A DNA stretch of 32,000 nucleotides, from assembly GCF_000009045.1 (NCBI RefSeq), contig NC_000964.3:990001-1022000 (forward strand). The letters are read 5' to 3'. The position numbers and the translations under genes were made by a program. The notes beneath the pieces are model-generated. The model did not search any database. It worked only from the letters and a program-made list of their open reading frames with translations, and was not told the origin of the DNA. Shown one piece after another: positions 30,073 to 32,000 of this stretch. The stretch's first letter is position 1; each line of letters opens with the position of its first letter. Source of the stretch: Bacillus subtilis subsp. subtilis str. 168. GTDB taxonomy: Bacteria > Bacillota > Bacilli > Bacillales > Bacillaceae.

Positions 30073-30948
30073 CTAAAAATGAAAATGTGATAAAAAATCC
30101 AAGAACTTTTTTTCTTTCTTATTTTCATAAAGGGCAATCGCGTAAGCGCCGGCATAGGGCAGCTGTACAGACTGATAAGGAATTCTGATCATCTGTTTCT
30201 CTGCTAACTCACGCTTTACTGTAGATAAAGGCAGAAATGAAACTCCGAGTCCTTCCTTGATAAACCGTTTCGTTATATGTGTTTGAGTGACCTTCATTGT
30301 TCTCACAAATGGAAATGTCATTCTGACTTGACGGAGCAAGTCGTCCCAGTAATCAGGATGATTGTGGGTCAAAAGCAGGTATTGTTCGAGCACCTCTTTG
30401 GCATCAATTTCGTTGTCTTCTATGAAACGCTTATCGGGCGGGGCAACAAGGACGACAGGGTCTTTGTATAAGCAGTGGCAGCTTAAAGAAGAAGACTGTA
30501 CCTTTAAACAGCTTAGTCCGATATCTGCTTCCCCGGCTTTAATCAGTGACGCGATTTCCGCTGATTCGAAAATCGTAACCGCCATTTCTGTTTCCGTATT
30601 CATTGCTGTGTACCGCTTCATGACAGAAGGAAGCACTGTATCTGCAATAAGCGGAGAAACCGCGAGCTGTAAGGTTTGAGAGTAGCCTTGTCTCACTCTG
30701 TGAAGCTCTGCCATGCTGTTTTCATAATCATCAAGAAGCCTGAGCGCATACGGCAAATACGCCCTGCCTTCATCAGTCAGCTGGATTTGCCTGCCTTTAC
30801 GCTCGAACAGCTTGCAGCTGATTTCTTTTTCTAATTGCTTGATATGTACGGTCACAGTAGGCTGAGATAAGAAAAGCGTTTCCGCCGTTTTTCGGAAGTT
30901 CTCATATTTTGCAGCGGTCACAAAGGTGTGAAGCCATTTGAAATCCAT
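30073..30948 (-). CDS. citR: LysR-family regulator of citA
   Basis: 291 aa; N-terminal LysR HTH (MDFKWLHTFVTAAKYENFRKTAETLFLSQPTVTVHIKQLEKEISCKLFERKG), divergent from citrate synthase gene. Confidence 0.94.
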   Translation of the reverse strand: MDFKWLHTFVTAAKYENFRKTAETLFLSQPTVTVHIKQLEKEISCKLFERKGRQIQLTDEGRAYLPYALRLLDDYENSMAELHRVRQGYSQTLQLAVSPLIADTVLPSVMKRYTAMNTETEMAVTIFESAEIASLIKAGEADIGLSCLKVQSSSLSCHCLYKDPVVLVAPPDKRFIEDNEIDAKEVLEQYLLLTHNHPDYWDDLLRQVRMTFPFVRTMKVTQTHITKRFIKEGLGVSFLPLSTVKRELAEKQMIRIPYQSVQLPYAGAYAIALYENKKEKKFLDFLSHFHF

Positions 30949-31056
30949 TTCTATTCTCCCTCTGATTAATATTTTTAATTAATTCCCTTTAAAATATTGA
31001 TTATTTTTTAAATATTATATTTACTATAATAACAGAAAAGGATAGGGGGAATACAA

Positions 31057-32000
31057 ATGGTACATTACGGATTAAAGGGAATTACATGTGTAGAAACATC
31101 CATCAGCCATATTGATGGTGAAAAAGGGCGTCTGATTTACAGAGGACATCATGCAAAAGACATCGCACTGAATCACAGCTTTGAAGAAGCGGCTTATTTG
31201 ATTTTATTTGGAAAACTGCCTTCAACTGAAGAATTGCAGGTATTTAAAGATAAGCTGGCTGCGGAACGGAATCTTCCGGAACATATTGAGCGCTTGATTC
31301 AATCACTGCCAAACAACATGGACGATATGTCGGTGCTGAGAACGGTTGTTTCAGCATTGGGGGAAAATACGTACACATTCCATCCGAAAACAGAGGAAGC
31401 AATCCGGCTGATTGCAATCACGCCTTCTATCATTGCATACAGAAAAAGATGGACGCGCGGTGAACAAGCAATTGCACCTTCTTCCCAGTACGGACATGTC
31501 GAAAACTACTATTATATGCTCACAGGTGAACAGCCTTCAGAGGCAAAAAAGAAAGCGCTTGAAACCTATATGATTCTGGCCACGGAGCACGGCATGAACG
31601 CATCGACTTTTTCGGCACGAGTCACGTTATCTACAGAGAGTGATTTAGTGTCAGCCGTCACGGCTGCTCTCGGTACGATGAAAGGTCCGCTGCACGGAGG
31701 TGCTCCTTCTGCGGTGACAAAAATGCTTGAAGACATTGGAGAAAAGGAACATGCTGAAGCATATCTGAAAGAAAAACTCGAAAAAGGAGAGCGCTTGATG
31801 GGATTCGGCCACAGGGTGTACAAAACAAAAGACCCGCGGGCAGAAGCTTTGAGACAGAAAGCAGAAGAGGTGGCCGGCAATGACCGTGATCTTGATCTTG
31901 CGCTGCATGTAGAAGCAGAAGCGATTCGTTTGCTAGAAATCTACAAACCGGGACGAAAGCTGTACACAAATGTTGAATTTTACGCAGCTGCAGTGATGAG
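31057..32000 (+). CDS. citA: Citrate synthase (minor/type I), 3'-truncated by the window edge
   Basis: ATG 31057 after GATAGGGGG. Translates [37 protein letters not shown]...[11 protein letters not shown]...[15 protein letters not shown]...; absent from the ORF track because its stop lies outside the window. Confidence 0.96.

Noticed and set aside
31566-31969. Three overlapping minus-strand ORFs at the right edge
   Set aside because: They are antisense to citA, which the ORF track omits only because its stop codon is outside the window.

Overview
Every gene and most of the gene order in this window match my memory of the Bacillus subtilis (168-type) chromosome arc yhcP-yhcQ-yhcR-yhcS-yhcT-yhcU-yhcV-yhcW-yhcX-yhxA-glpP-glpF-glpK-glpD-pgcA-yhcY-yhcZ-yhdA-yhdB-yhdC-lytF-nsrR-ygxB-spoVR-phoA-lytE-citR-citA. 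No database search was run. It is dense housekeeping chromosome. I see no IS element, prophage, CRISPR array, tRNA/rRNA or defence-island signature, and no convincing new multi-gene system. The items most worth a second look are: (1) a degenerate, frameshifted remnant of an AEC-type permease C-terminus in the 400-bp yhcX-yhxA gap; (2) the yhcY-yhcZ-yhdA operon, where a soluble GAF histidine kinase with a Cys cluster (likely redox/Fe-S) is translationally coupled to a regulator and an azoreductase-type flavoprotein; (3) a convergent coding overlap of yhcP and yhcQ with a 9-bp perfect hairpin, plus a reading frame that continues upstream of my recalled yhcP start; (4) the yhcR/yhcS pair, a wall-anchored nuclease/nucleotidase with an adjacent sortase, two LP-type motifs and a probably over-extended N-terminus; (5) paired glpF and glpD leader terminators sharing GAGACCACAGCA, with a perfect cre overlapping the glpF -35 and the glpP stop codon; (6) a 34-bp perfect palindrome after ygxB; (7) an 11-bp phased Pho-box-like array and an unexplained inverted repeat in the 529-bp phoA-lytE gap.
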